Notes under the pieces: model-generated | What the model was told of the DNA's origin: nothing | Databases searched by the model: none | The model's input: only the letters and a program-made list of their open reading frames with translations | Part shown: positions 16,772-25,847 of the stretch, piece by piece | Position numbering within the stretch: position 1 is the stretch's first letter | Layout: each line of letters opens with the position of its first letter | Program-made: the position numbers and the translations under genes | Assembly (NCBI GenBank): GCA_965215505.1 | Contig: OZ244065.1 | Span: forward strand, 2,464,001 to 2,528,000 | Direction of reading: 5' to 3' | Source: Capsulimonadaceae bacterium | GTDB lineage: Bacteria > Armatimonadota > Armatimonadia > Armatimonadales > Capsulimonadaceae | Length of the DNA stretch: 64,000 nt

Positions 16772-17934
16772 AGTTCCACCACCAGGAGTCGGAGGTTAGA
16801 GGCGGGGTCGTCGGCGGGGGCGCTCGCGCCCAAGGCGGTCCCGGCGGGGATGCTCTTCATCGCCATGTCGCTCGCCAGGACGCGGCGCAGGCCGTCGGCC
16901 AGGGCAGGATAGGTCCAGCCGCGCGCCTGCTCCTGCAAGTTCTTCAGCAGGAACGACTGCCGGGCGGTCATGCCGATCATCTCGCCGGACAGCACGGCCT
17001 GGACGTCGGGCGGCAGGCCGCCCTTGAGGTTGAAGCCGTTCAGGCGGTGGTCGGCCAGATATTTCGCCCCCCACAGGTGCCGCAGGTGCCGGGCCAGCAT
17101 GACGAAGGTGCGGGCGGCGACGCCATCGGGTTTGTTCCCCATGTCCAGCATCTTGTCCGCTTCATGCAGGGCGCGGCGTGGGTCACGGTTCCCGACGGCA
17201 TCCAGCAAGGCGAAGATGTTATCCTGGACCGTGTGCAGCCCGACCGCCTCGGCATCGGCGCGCGTGACGAGTGGCCGGTCCCCGGCGTAGGCGACGGCCT
17301 TTTCCAGCTCGTTCACCAGGACATTGATGTCGCCGGTCCGCCCTCCCCCACCCCGCTCCGCCGCCGTCGCCTTCGCCCGGTCCATGATCAGCGCGAGGGC
17401 CGACGGCTCCATGGTCTTGCCGCGCAGCTTAAGCAGGGCGTTCGCGCGGGCCTGGAGGCCGCTGTCGCCGGGCGCGTCGCAGAGGACGGTCGCGCCCGTC
17501 TTGGCGATGGCGTTCAGCAGTTTGGTCCCCAGCGCCTTCCCCTTGACCTTGCCCGCGTCGTACTCGGTCGCCCCGGCGATGAGGACGAGGCAGGTGAGGT
17601 CGCCAAGCTTCGGCAGACCCGCCGCCAGTACCTCCTGGTCTTCTTTGCCCAGCCGCTGCACACTAGTGACGACGACCACGCGCCGGGCGGAGGCCATGGG
17701 GACGCCACCCGCCGAGGCCAGGACGGCGCGGGCGGCCTCGCCGGCCTCGCCGGCCCCGGTGGGCGGGATGTCGCGCTCTTCGCGGTCGAAGTCGGCGAAG
17801 GACGGGTCGAGCAGCGGCCCAGTCAGCTTGAGCAGGGCCTCGCGCTTGAGGGCGTCATCGCTGCCGGTGAGCAGATAGACCCGCTCGACCGGCTGGGGGA
17901 AGCCTTTGGCAAGTTTTGAATAATCAAGTTCCAT
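16756..17934 (-). CDS. holA: DNA polymerase III delta subunit
   Basis: VYLLTGSD, PMASARRVVVV, NELEKAVAY, NIFALLDAV, DMAMKS. Confidence 0.88.
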   Translation of the reverse strand: MELDYSKLAKGFPQPVERVYLLTGSDDALKREALLKLTGPLLDPSFADFDREERDIPPTGAGEAGEAARAVLASAGGVPMASARRVVVVTSVQRLGKEDQEVLAAGLPKLGDLTCLVLIAGATEYDAGKVKGKALGTKLLNAIAKTGATVLCDAPGDSGLQARANALLKLRGKTMEPSALALIMDRAKATAAERGGGGRTGDINVLVNELEKAVAYAGDRPLVTRADAEAVGLHTVQDNIFALLDAVGNRDPRRALHEADKMLDMGNKPDGVAARTFVMLARHLRHLWGAKYLADHRLNGFNLKGGLPPDVQAVLSGEMIGMTARQSFLLKNLQEQARGWTYPALADGLRRVLASDMAMKSIPAGTALGASAPADDPASNLRLLVVELCRPS

Positions 17935-17941
17935 CGCTGCC

Positions 17942-20311
17942 TTACTTCCCGCCCGGTCGGGGCACCTGTGTCCGCCCCTCCGACCCGCCGATGGTCACGC
18001 CCGGCAGCGGGCCGCCCAGGCGGAACTGGGCGATACGCCGCCACAGACGCCGCGCCGATGCGCGCCAGGAGGCGGCCTCGAAGCGGCCCAGCGCCTCGTC
18101 CCATTTCCCTGCCTCCAGGTTCAGAGCGCCGCCGGGGCGGCCGTAGCAGGCCTGGGTGAAGGCGGCGGTCAGGGACAGGACGAGCGGGCGCGAGAAAGTG
18201 CCGCCCTCGGATTCCAAGCCGGGCAGCAGGGGTACGACGCGGGCGGCGTACTCGTCGGGGGTTTCGGAGGGCCGGCGGGGCAGCCCCAGCCGGCCCAGGG
18301 CGCGGGCCAGACGCGCGTACCGCCGTCCCAACTCGGAGCGTGGGGCGGGCGCGAGCGCGGAGGCAGCATGGGCCAGGACGGGGCGCTTTGCGCGCCAGCG
18401 GTCGTACACTTCGGTCTTGAAGACGTAGCCCACGATCAGGGCGATGCCGACGAGCAGCGGGGCGACCAGGCCCAGGCGCACGCCCAGCCCGGCCTGGAGG
18501 CGCTTGAGCCAGCCCAGCCAGCCCCCCCGCCCCGCACCACCGGCGCGCGGGACGGAGCCATCCGTGGTCGCCCCAGCCGTCGCGTCCAGGATGACCCAGC
18601 CCGTACCGGGGAAGTAAACCTCGGTCCAGGCGTGCTTGTCCTCGGCGCGCAGGTTGAAGCCGTCGCCGTTCGGGTCGCCCGGCGCGAATCCGGTGGCCAG
18701 CCGGGCGGGGATGCCCGCCGTCCGGCAGAGGATGGCGAGGGAGGAAGCAAACATGTCGCAGTAGCCGCGCCGCTCGTCCTTCAGGAAGACGCGGACGTGG
18801 TCGTCCTCGTCGGCGATGGGCGGCGGAGCGAGCGAGTACACACAGCGCCGGGCGACCCAGTCACGCAGGGCGAGGGCTTTGTCGAACGGGTCCCGGCGGT
18901 CCGGCGGCAGGGCGCGCACCGCCTCGGCCACGGACTGGCGGAAGAAGGCGGCGTCCTCGGGCCGGGTGACGCCTTCGGCCCCGGCGCGGAGGTAGAGCCG
19001 CTGCACCTCCGGCGGGTAGTCCGCCCCCGCACGGCGCAGGAGGTCCTGCGCCTCGCGCCGGGCGACATCCGGGGCGGGCGTGGACGCGACCTCGTAGGTG
19101 AAACGGACGGGGCCGCCGGAGGTGAGGTCCAGACGCCCGTCCCGGTACGCGCGCACCCCCTCGTTCGACTGGGCGGGACCCGCCGGGAGCGTGACCCGGC
19201 GCGGACCGGCGGCGTAATAGAACTGGCTGGTCTCACCCATGACCTGGAATGTGGCGGTCAGGGGGTGGGAGTCGTCCCCGGCCGCGTCCCCAGGAGTCAG
19301 GTCGGAGCGGACGTCGTAGCTCTCCGAACCGTCGCTGGAGTCACCCTCGTCGTGCGCCGGTTCGGCGCTGCCCTCGAAAGAGCTTTGCCAGCCCACGCCC
19401 GTGTATAAGTCATAGGTGCGGCCACGCCAATAGTATTCCTGGCCATCGGAAGGCGTCACATGCATCACGACCTCGGCGCTGGAGGACCAGGCCGCGCCGG
19501 TCCCGATCTGCAAGTTGTCGTCGTCCGAGAAGTGCAGGGCAGCCCCGCCCGCCGTCGCCGCAGTGGGCGGGCGGATGGCGGCCAGCCGGCGGATGGCCTG
19601 GGCCAGCGACAGACGCGCGAAGAGGGCCTGGGCGGGGACGATGACCACCATGCCCGCCAGCAGCACGGCCAGGCCGCACAGCCCGGTCTGGACGAACTGC
19701 GCCAGCAGCAGGCGGATGGGGACCAGGGCGCGTGCCTCGGCCGCCGCCCGCGCCCGGTTTTGCAGGAAGTTCTGGTGGATCAGCAGGAAGATGACCGTCA
19801 GGATGAACACGCCGAAACAGACCAAGACCTCGTTGTTCAGGTCCACGGAGGCCGCCAGGCCGAGGACGGCCATGGCGGGTACGGTCGCGAGCATGACGCG
19901 CGTGTCGCTCCGCAGCGCCCACGACCAGACCGTGCCCCCCCAGACCAGGCCGGCGAGGAGGCGCAGGGCGGCGCTGTCCGCTCCCAGCGGCAGGAACTGT
20001 TCCAAAGCGACCTGACCACCGGCGACGCCGACCAGCAGCAGCAGGATGACCGCACCGAAGCCCCAATCCACCACCCGCGAGCTGATCCCGAGCAGGCGGC
20101 TGCCGTAGGAAAAGACGCACCCGAGGACGGTCAGCAGCACGGTGCGCCCCATCCAGCCGGGGTCCGGCTGGGTCAGGGCGAAGTTCGCGGCGAGGACGCC
20201 GCACAGCGCGATCACGCCGCCCGCTAGGTACAGGGGGAGACTTGGTGCCACCGGCGCAGGCGAATTCAGCTCCGTGTCCGCCCCGCTCGTCGTTTCAGCC
20301 GCTCCAGCCAT
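17942..20311 (-). CDS. membrane transglutaminase-like protein (TgpA/DUF3488, DUF4129)
   Basis: TMs; YWRGRTYD; RGYCDMFAS, GIPARLATGF, HAWTEVY...GWVILDAT; SETPDEY. Confidence 0.92.
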   Translation of the reverse strand: MAGAAETTSGADTELNSPAPVAPSLPLYLAGGVIALCGVLAANFALTQPDPGWMGRTVLLTVLGCVFSYGSRLLGISSRVVDWGFGAVILLLLVGVAGGQVALEQFLPLGADSAALRLLAGLVWGGTVWSWALRSDTRVMLATVPAMAVLGLAASVDLNNEVLVCFGVFILTVIFLLIHQNFLQNRARAAAEARALVPIRLLLAQFVQTGLCGLAVLLAGMVVIVPAQALFARLSLAQAIRRLAAIRPPTAATAGGAALHFSDDDNLQIGTGAAWSSSAEVVMHVTPSDGQEYYWRGRTYDLYTGVGWQSSFEGSAEPAHDEGDSSDGSESYDVRSDLTPGDAAGDDSHPLTATFQVMGETSQFYYAAGPRRVTLPAGPAQSNEGVRAYRDGRLDLTSGGPVRFTYEVASTPAPDVARREAQDLLRRAGADYPPEVQRLYLRAGAEGVTRPEDAAFFRQSVAEAVRALPPDRRDPFDKALALRDWVARRCVYSLAPPPIADEDDHVRVFLKDERRGYCDMFASSLAILCRTAGIPARLATGFAPGDPNGDGFNLRAEDKHAWTEVYFPGTGWVILDATAGATTDGSVPRAGGAGRGGWLGWLKRLQAGLGVRLGLVAPLLVGIALIVGYVFKTEVYDRWRAKRPVLAHAASALAPAPRSELGRRYARLARALGRLGLPRRPSETPDEYAARVVPLLPGLESEGGTFSRPLVLSLTAAFTQACYGRPGGALNLEAGKWDEALGRFEAASWRASARRLWRRIAQFRLGGPLPGVTIGGSEGRTQVPRPGGK

Positions 20312-21500
20312 CGTTGTGCCTCTCCAAAAGCGTCCGCAGGTCGTCGCCGCGCCGGACGACCCGCACGTTGTCCGCGCCGAGCGAGGCCGGCAGGGCGGCG
20401 CGGCCGGTGCGGAAGGAGGCCGCATCCAGGGCGAAGCCGAAGTGCTGCCCGCCGCGCGCCGACCACTCCCCCGCCAGGCGGGTCAGGCGCGCGTCCCCGA
20501 TGTCCGGCGTGATCAGGACCAGGGTCGCCGCCAGGCCCCCCGCCGCCTGGTCGGCGTCCAGCACGTCGGCCAGCGTGAGGGGCGAGTCCGCCTGGACGCG
20601 CGCCAAAGTCTCCAGTAGGCGGGGCATGTCCTGGGGCATCGCAGCCGCCTCCGCACCAGCCCCGCCCGCCGCCAGCAGCCGGACCGTGTGCCCGTGACGC
20701 AGGAAGTCGTCGGCCAGGGTGGCGGCCAGCGTGACGGCGGTCTCGAGCGCCCCGTCCTCCCCCTCGCCGGTCCCGGCGTAGGCCGCGCGGGACAGGTCCA
20801 GGGCCAGGGTCACGTCCATGGTCACGCCCTGGGCGTACTCGGTGACGGCCAGGGTTCCCGTCCGGGCCGTCGTCCGCCAGTGGACGCGGCGCAGCTCGTC
20901 CCCCGGCCCGTACTCGCGGACCCCGTAGAAGTCATCGCCCGCCCCGCGCGTCAGGGCGCTGGCCGTCCCGCGCCAGCCCTGGACGGCGGCCCCGCGCAGC
21001 CACGACTCCTGGATGGGCAGGAGGGCGGGGTAGACGGTCAGCTCGGCGGTCTGCGGCATCTTCTGCGCGAAGGTCTGCAAGCCCAGCGGGTCGGTCGAGT
21101 AGATCTGGGCGGGGCCGAGGGTGAAGACGCCGCGACGCCGGGCCTCGATCCGGCACACGGCGGTCGCCTCCTCGCCGGGCCACAGGCCCAGGACGAGCGG
21201 GGGCGGGCCGCCCACGAACTGGACGCCGCGCGGCAGGGTGTCGCGCACCAGCAAATAGAACTTGGGCAGGCGGCTCGTGTTGCCCAGCCGGAAGGCGAGC
21301 GGCACGGCCTCGCCCGCCGAGGCGGACAGCGGCAGGGCGCGCTCGCAGGTCAGCCCGCCGAGCATGAGCCAGCCCATGAGGTACGAGACAGCGGGGATCA
21401 GCCACAGGATGGCCGTCATCAGGTAGAGGCTGGGGATGCCGAACAGCACGGCGACGATGCCGACGAACAGGCCGGCGACGTTGAGGATGAATTTTTTCAT
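20295..21500 (-). CDS. DUF58 domain protein
   Basis: RRGVFTLGP, DPLGL, DFYGVREYGPGDELRRVHWRTTAR. Confidence 0.92.
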   Translation of the reverse strand: MKKFILNVAGLFVGIVAVLFGIPSLYLMTAILWLIPAVSYLMGWLMLGGLTCERALPLSASAGEAVPLAFRLGNTSRLPKFYLLVRDTLPRGVQFVGGPPPLVLGLWPGEEATAVCRIEARRRGVFTLGPAQIYSTDPLGLQTFAQKMPQTAELTVYPALLPIQESWLRGAAVQGWRGTASALTRGAGDDFYGVREYGPGDELRRVHWRTTARTGTLAVTEYAQGVTMDVTLALDLSRAAYAGTGEGEDGALETAVTLAATLADDFLRHGHTVRLLAAGGAGAEAAAMPQDMPRLLETLARVQADSPLTLADVLDADQAAGGLAATLVLITPDIGDARLTRLAGEWSARGGQHFGFALDAASFRTGRAALPASLGADNVRVVRRGDDLRTLLERHNDGWSG

Positions 21501-21551
21501 GCGGCTCTTGCCCCCATTGTACCCCAACCGGCGTCAAGGAGCGCGCAAAGG

Positions 21552-21583
21552 AAAGCCCGGCCTCCCATCGGGAGGCCGGGCTT
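21552..21583 (-). terminator. intrinsic terminator
   Basis: AAGCCCGGCCTCCC-atc-GGGAGGCCGGGCTT stem. Confidence 0.7.
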
Positions 21584-21645
21584 CTGTCTACGGCGACAGA
21601 GGCGGTAGGGGCAACACGCAATGGAGTGATGCCATAGCCGGACTG

Positions 21646-22620
21646 TCACTGAGCAGATACAGGCTTGGAAAACAGCAGGGAAAGCGGATCACCGATCTTC
21701 CGCACCGAGCCTGCTCCTCCGGCGATCTTTCCGGTTTCTGTGTCTACCCAAACTTTGTAGACGCGAGGGCCGACGGCGTACAAACAGGACCAGACGGGGC
21801 GGGCCGTTTCCGGCAACGCCGAGATCGGTTCACCACCCACTTGCCAGTACCTGTTTGGCTGAACAACCAAGTGTTTGCATCCGGTGAACTGTGGTGCCTC
21901 AACTCCGAGGCGTTCCAGCACGGCAAGAGCAATCCGCTGGGCCGCTTGCTGGTCTATGCTGATGGCCGCTGTCAGGGGGGGCGCAGAATGAAAAACCAGT
22001 CCTAAGCCTCTGGCCTCCCCCGTTTCCGCGTCGAGGGTGATGTTCAGCCCTTCGTGCTCATAGGGGATGCCCTGAAACTGGCGCGTCCAGCAGACAAACC
22101 AAGTATGACCGAGTACGGTTGGTGGCTCCGTCGTTTGGTCAAGATCGGCCTTCCAGAACGCCAGCTCTCCGGTCTGACCTGTCGCTGCGAGCAAGTCAGC
22201 GGCCCGAAGCATGGCTGCCTCTTTCGATATGGGTTGCCCTGCCGGCTGACTCCCAACCGCAGGGTTCTTCGCGGCGTAGTTCAGGTTGTCATAGAAAGCG
22301 ACGACACCTGTTGCATCTATGACTTCAACTTCCGCTTGATTCGGGAAAGTGACCCTCCAATGTGCCTGCCAATGGTGCTCCGGCGATCGAGGAAACGGAT
22401 CAGGAGCGGTACATTGTGCGATCCCGTTCATGTTGGCTGACCCCGACGCTTTACGGCAGAAGTCCTTTGCAATCAGGACCGCCTGATCCGAAGTTAAACG
22501 GAGATGGCTGGAAAATGCGCTGGTTCCCAGTGCGACCGAGGGAGCAGGTTCAGCGACGGCGCGAACGCCTATCATGATGAATAGCAGAGCGCCGAACACC
22601 AGATATTTGTAACGAGACAT
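21646..22620 (-). CDS. secreted protein with YcdB/PepSY-like repeats
   Basis: Signal peptide; repeated 'ISKEAA/IDQQAAQRIA...V.VD..TG' motifs; RPVWS...VWVDTETGKI. Confidence 0.7.
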   Translation of the reverse strand: MSRYKYLVFGALLFIMIGVRAVAEPAPSVALGTSAFSSHLRLTSDQAVLIAKDFCRKASGSANMNGIAQCTAPDPFPRSPEHHWQAHWRVTFPNQAEVEVIDATGVVAFYDNLNYAAKNPAVGSQPAGQPISKEAAMLRAADLLAATGQTGELAFWKADLDQTTEPPTVLGHTWFVCWTRQFQGIPYEHEGLNITLDAETGEARGLGLVFHSAPPLTAAISIDQQAAQRIALAVLERLGVEAPQFTGCKHLVVQPNRYWQVGGEPISALPETARPVWSCLYAVGPRVYKVWVDTETGKIAGGAGSVRKIGDPLSLLFSKPVSAQ

Positions 22621-22655
22621 GATCATCCCCTTAGAGTACGTTGAGAAAGTCTGCG

Positions 22656-23551
22656 TCATGCCTTTCTGGGCTTGGGTTTGAGCCTACGGACCATCAGGTG
22701 ACACATCGCCAGGCGGATCATCGCCTCGCTGCTCTCGGTCAGGAACTCGTAGTCGCGCACCAGGCGGCGGTACTTGCACAGCCACGCGAACGTGCGCTCC
22801 ACGATCCAGCGGTGCGGCTGAACCGCGAAGCCCTTGACGTCCTTTTGGTCTTCGGACTTCCTGACGATCTCCAGCGTCCAGCCGTAGGACGATCTCCAGC
22901 GTCCAGCCGTAGGACGATCTCCAGCGTCCAGCCGTAGGACGATCTCCAGCGTCCAGCCGTAGCAGGAGGCGACCCAGTCCACCAACTCGCCCCCGTAGGC
23001 GGCGTCCGCCCACACCACAGACAGGCGCGGGTAGGTGCCCTTGCAGTAGGAGAGCACTTCTTTGGCCCCGTCACGGTCCTGCACATCGCCCGCCTGGACG
23101 GAGACGGCCAGCAGGAAGCCCTGCGTGTCCACCATCAGGTGCCGCCTGCGGCCCTTGATCTTCTTGTTGGCATCATAGCCGAGGGTGCCAGGCGGCCCCC
23201 TTTTTCGCCCGCCTTGACCGTCTGGCTGTCCAGGACGGCGGCGGACGGGCTGGCCTCGCGGCCCTGCTGCTTGCGGGCCTGGTCGCGCAGGTTGTCGTGC
23301 AGGCACTCGATGGTGCCGTCGTCGCGCCATCTGCGGAACTGGTCATAGACCGTGGCCCAGGGCGGCAGATCGTGGGGCAGATCGCGCCAGGGGCAGCCCG
23401 TCCGCAGTTGGTAGAACAGGCCGTTGACGACTTCGCGCAGCGGGTGCTTGCGGCGTCGGCCCGTGCGCCCGTTGCGGGCTTTGGGCAGGCACTCTTGTAG
23501 CTTCTGCCACTGGTCGTCGGTCAGGTCGGTAGAATAGGCTCGGCGTTCCAT
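22656..23551 (-). CDS. IS5-family transposase, two ORFs joined by a probable -1 frameshift
   Basis: YSTDLTDDQW, RTGCPWRDLP, DSQTVK in orfA; GYDANKKIKGRRRH, ADAAYGG, RWIVERTFAW in orfB; AAAAAGGGGG at 23196-23205. Confidence 0.9.
22863..22962. repeat. perfect tandem repeat, 25 bp x4
   Basis: GACGATCTCCAGCGTCCAGCCGTAG x4, no spacers. Confidence 0.95.
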
Positions 23552-24029
23552 AACTACAGTGTACTTGAACGACCAAGACTTTTTCAACATACTCTTAGTT
23601 GTGCCAAGCTGTCCCGAGGTCGGGAAAACCATAGACACCATGTAGTTTCATGTTCGCATCACCGATGGTCTTGTATTGTGCAGCACCATCAGGAGTGTCA
23701 GTGTTAATGTCCGGTTTGCCCTCAGCATTGTTGGCATAGGCGATTGCTTCGGTAATCGTTTTACCGTTTGACAGGCCCGTCCATATAGCATTAGACCAGG
23801 CGGCATTGTGGATACTGTCTCCGACCTCCGTGGTGAAACTTAGATATACCTGATCGGAGCCGGGCACGTTTGGAAAAAAAGCGTCCGCGAGAGTGTCATC
23901 AGCAGCGGTAGAACAACCATCCACAAAGACAAAGTTGTATGGGGGTTGACTGACGGACTTGCTCTGTATGGCGGTCGCCACATCAGTAGCATAAATGCGA
24001 TGTGTATCGGTAAGATCGAAATCCTGGTA

Positions 24030-25847
24030 GATAGTGTCAAGTTGTTGATACTGCTGGCGAATTGCCAAGGGCCGGCACCGGCAGGTAGAATGCCTTGAAG
24101 TCATTCCTTCGAGGCCCCGCCATGTCCCTGCAAGTGAAAGCTAGTGACCCTGTTCCAGAGCAGACCGCTCGCGTCACTCGTGCCGCGTTCCCCAAGGGCA
24201 ACCTGTACACACGGATGCGTGACGAGTTCGCTACGATCTTCACCGACGAACACTTTGCTGATCTGTTCCCCGCGTGCGGGCAGGCCGCCGCAGCACCGTG
24301 GCGGCTAGCACTCGTGACCGTCATGCAATTTGTCGCGGGCCTCTCCGACCGCCAGGCCGCCGACGCCGTGCGCTCCCGCATCGACTGGAAGTACACTCTG
24401 TCTCTTGATCTGGAGGACTGCGGCTTCGACTCAAGCGTCCTCTGTGAGTTCCGCTCACGGCTGCTGGCGGGTGCCGCAGAAGCGCGCCTGTTCGAGGTGA
24501 TGCTGGCCCGGTTCAAGGAACGTGATCTGCTGAAGGTCCGTGGCCGCCAGCGTACCGACTCCACCCACGTCCTCTCGTTCGTGCGCGGCCTGCACCGGAT
24601 GGAGACGCTGGTCGAGGCCTTGCGCTACGCCCTCAATAGTGTGGCCGAGGCAGACCCCGAGTGGCTGCAATCTTTGGCGCCGCCGGACTGGTTCGACCGC
24701 TACGGCAGGCGCGCGGACAACTACCGGATGCCCCGCTCCCAGACGGAGCGCGATAAGTTCGCCCTGGCCGTCGGTGCCGATGGGTTCGCTCTGCTCCAGG
24801 CGGTCTGGTCCGCCGCAGCGCCTCCCTCTCTGCGCGAGCTGCCTGCGATGGAGGCCCTGCGACGGGTGTGGCTCCAGCAGTTTCACCGACAGGTGGATCA
24901 GAATCAGACGAATCAGAAGCAGGCGGCTCAGATGTCTTTGCGAGCCGAGGCCGACCTGCCGCCGGGCGCGTTGCTGATCGTCTCGCCCTACGACCTGGAG
25001 GCGCGCTTCTCCGTCAAGCGCCAGACCCGGTGGACCGGCTACAAGGTGCACCTGACCGAGACCTGCGACGCCGACACGCCGCACCTGATCACACAGGTGC
25101 TCACCACGCCCAGCACCACCGCCGACTGTGAGGCGACGCCCTGCGTCCAGAACGCACTCGCTGAGGCGGACCGCCTGCCTGCCGAGCACCTGGTGGACGA
25201 GGGCTACACGCAGGCTTCGCACCTAGTGACCAGCCGAACCCGGTACGGCGTCGAGATCGTCGGGCCGGTCGCCCGCGACGGCAGCCGCCAGGCCGAGGAG
25301 GGCAAGGGCTTCGACGTGTCCCGCTTCGGGCTGGACTGGGAGCAGCAGCGTGCCTCCTGCCCCGGCGGCAAGACCAGCCGCCCGTGGCAGCCGACGCGCA
25401 ACGCGCGGGGCAGCACCTTCCTGCTGGCCGTGTTCGAGGCGGCGGACTGCCGCGCCTGCTCGCATCGCCCCGACTGCACGCGCGCCAAGGCGAAAGGGCG
25501 CACGCTGTACCTGCACCTGCAGCCCGAGCACGAGGCGCTGCACGCGGCCCGGCGGCACCAGCAGACGCCGCAGTTCCGGGAGCGCTACGCCGCCCGCGCC
25601 GGGATCGAGGGCACGATCTCGCAGGGCGTGCGGGCCTTCGGCCTGCGGCAGTGCCGCTACGTGGGTCACGCGAAGACTCACCTGCAGAACCTAGCGACCG
25701 CCGCCGCGCTCAACTTCTGCCGGGTCTATGACTGGCTGACGGAGGCGCCGCTGGCCCGGACGCGCCAGTCGCAGTTCGGGCGCCTCAAGCCGGTCGCGCT
25801 CGCAGCGACGTAGAGTTCGCCAGCAGTATCAAACATTTTACACTAAC
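24030..25847 (+). mobile_element. IS element with IS1182-family transposase, 32-bp imperfect IRs, 8-bp TSD
   Basis: Ends GATAGTGTCAAGTTGTTGATACTGCTGGCGAA / GTTAGTGTAAAATGTTTGATACTGCTGGCGAA (27/32); TCCTGGTA at 24022-24029 and 25848-25855. Confidence 0.88.
24122..25813 (+). CDS. IS1182-family transposase
   Basis: LSDRQAADAVRSRIDWKY, RTDSTHV, SPYDLEAR, WTGYKVHLTETC, VDEGY, RAGIEGTISQ. Confidence 0.93.
   Translation: MSLQVKASDPVPEQTARVTRAAFPKGNLYTRMRDEFATIFTDEHFADLFPACGQAAAAPWRLALVTVMQFVAGLSDRQAADAVRSRIDWKYTLSLDLEDCGFDSSVLCEFRSRLLAGAAEARLFEVMLARFKERDLLKVRGRQRTDSTHVLSFVRGLHRMETLVEALRYALNSVAEADPEWLQSLAPPDWFDRYGRRADNYRMPRSQTERDKFALAVGADGFALLQAVWSAAAPPSLRELPAMEALRRVWLQQFHRQVDQNQTNQKQAAQMSLRAEADLPPGALLIVSPYDLEARFSVKRQTRWTGYKVHLTETCDADTPHLITQVLTTPSTTADCEATPCVQNALAEADRLPAEHLVDEGYTQASHLVTSRTRYGVEIVGPVARDGSRQAEEGKGFDVSRFGLDWEQQRASCPGGKTSRPWQPTRNARGSTFLLAVFEAADCRACSHRPDCTRAKAKGRTLYLHLQPEHEALHAARRHQQTPQFRERYAARAGIEGTISQGVRAFGLRQCRYVGHAKTHLQNLATAAALNFCRVYDWLTEAPLARTRQSQFGRLKPVALAAT

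Larger units (their letters stand above)
22634..23594 (-). mobile_element. IS5-family insertion sequence, 19-bp IRs, TTA target duplication
   Basis: IRs GAGTACGTTGAGAAAGTCT / GAGTATGTTGAAAAAGTCT (17/19); TTA at 22631-22633 and 23595-23597. Confidence 0.92.

Noticed and set aside
22863-22962. Possible CRISPR array (25-bp repeats)
   Set aside because: Repeats are directly adjacent with no spacers, lie inside a transposase, and no cas genes are present
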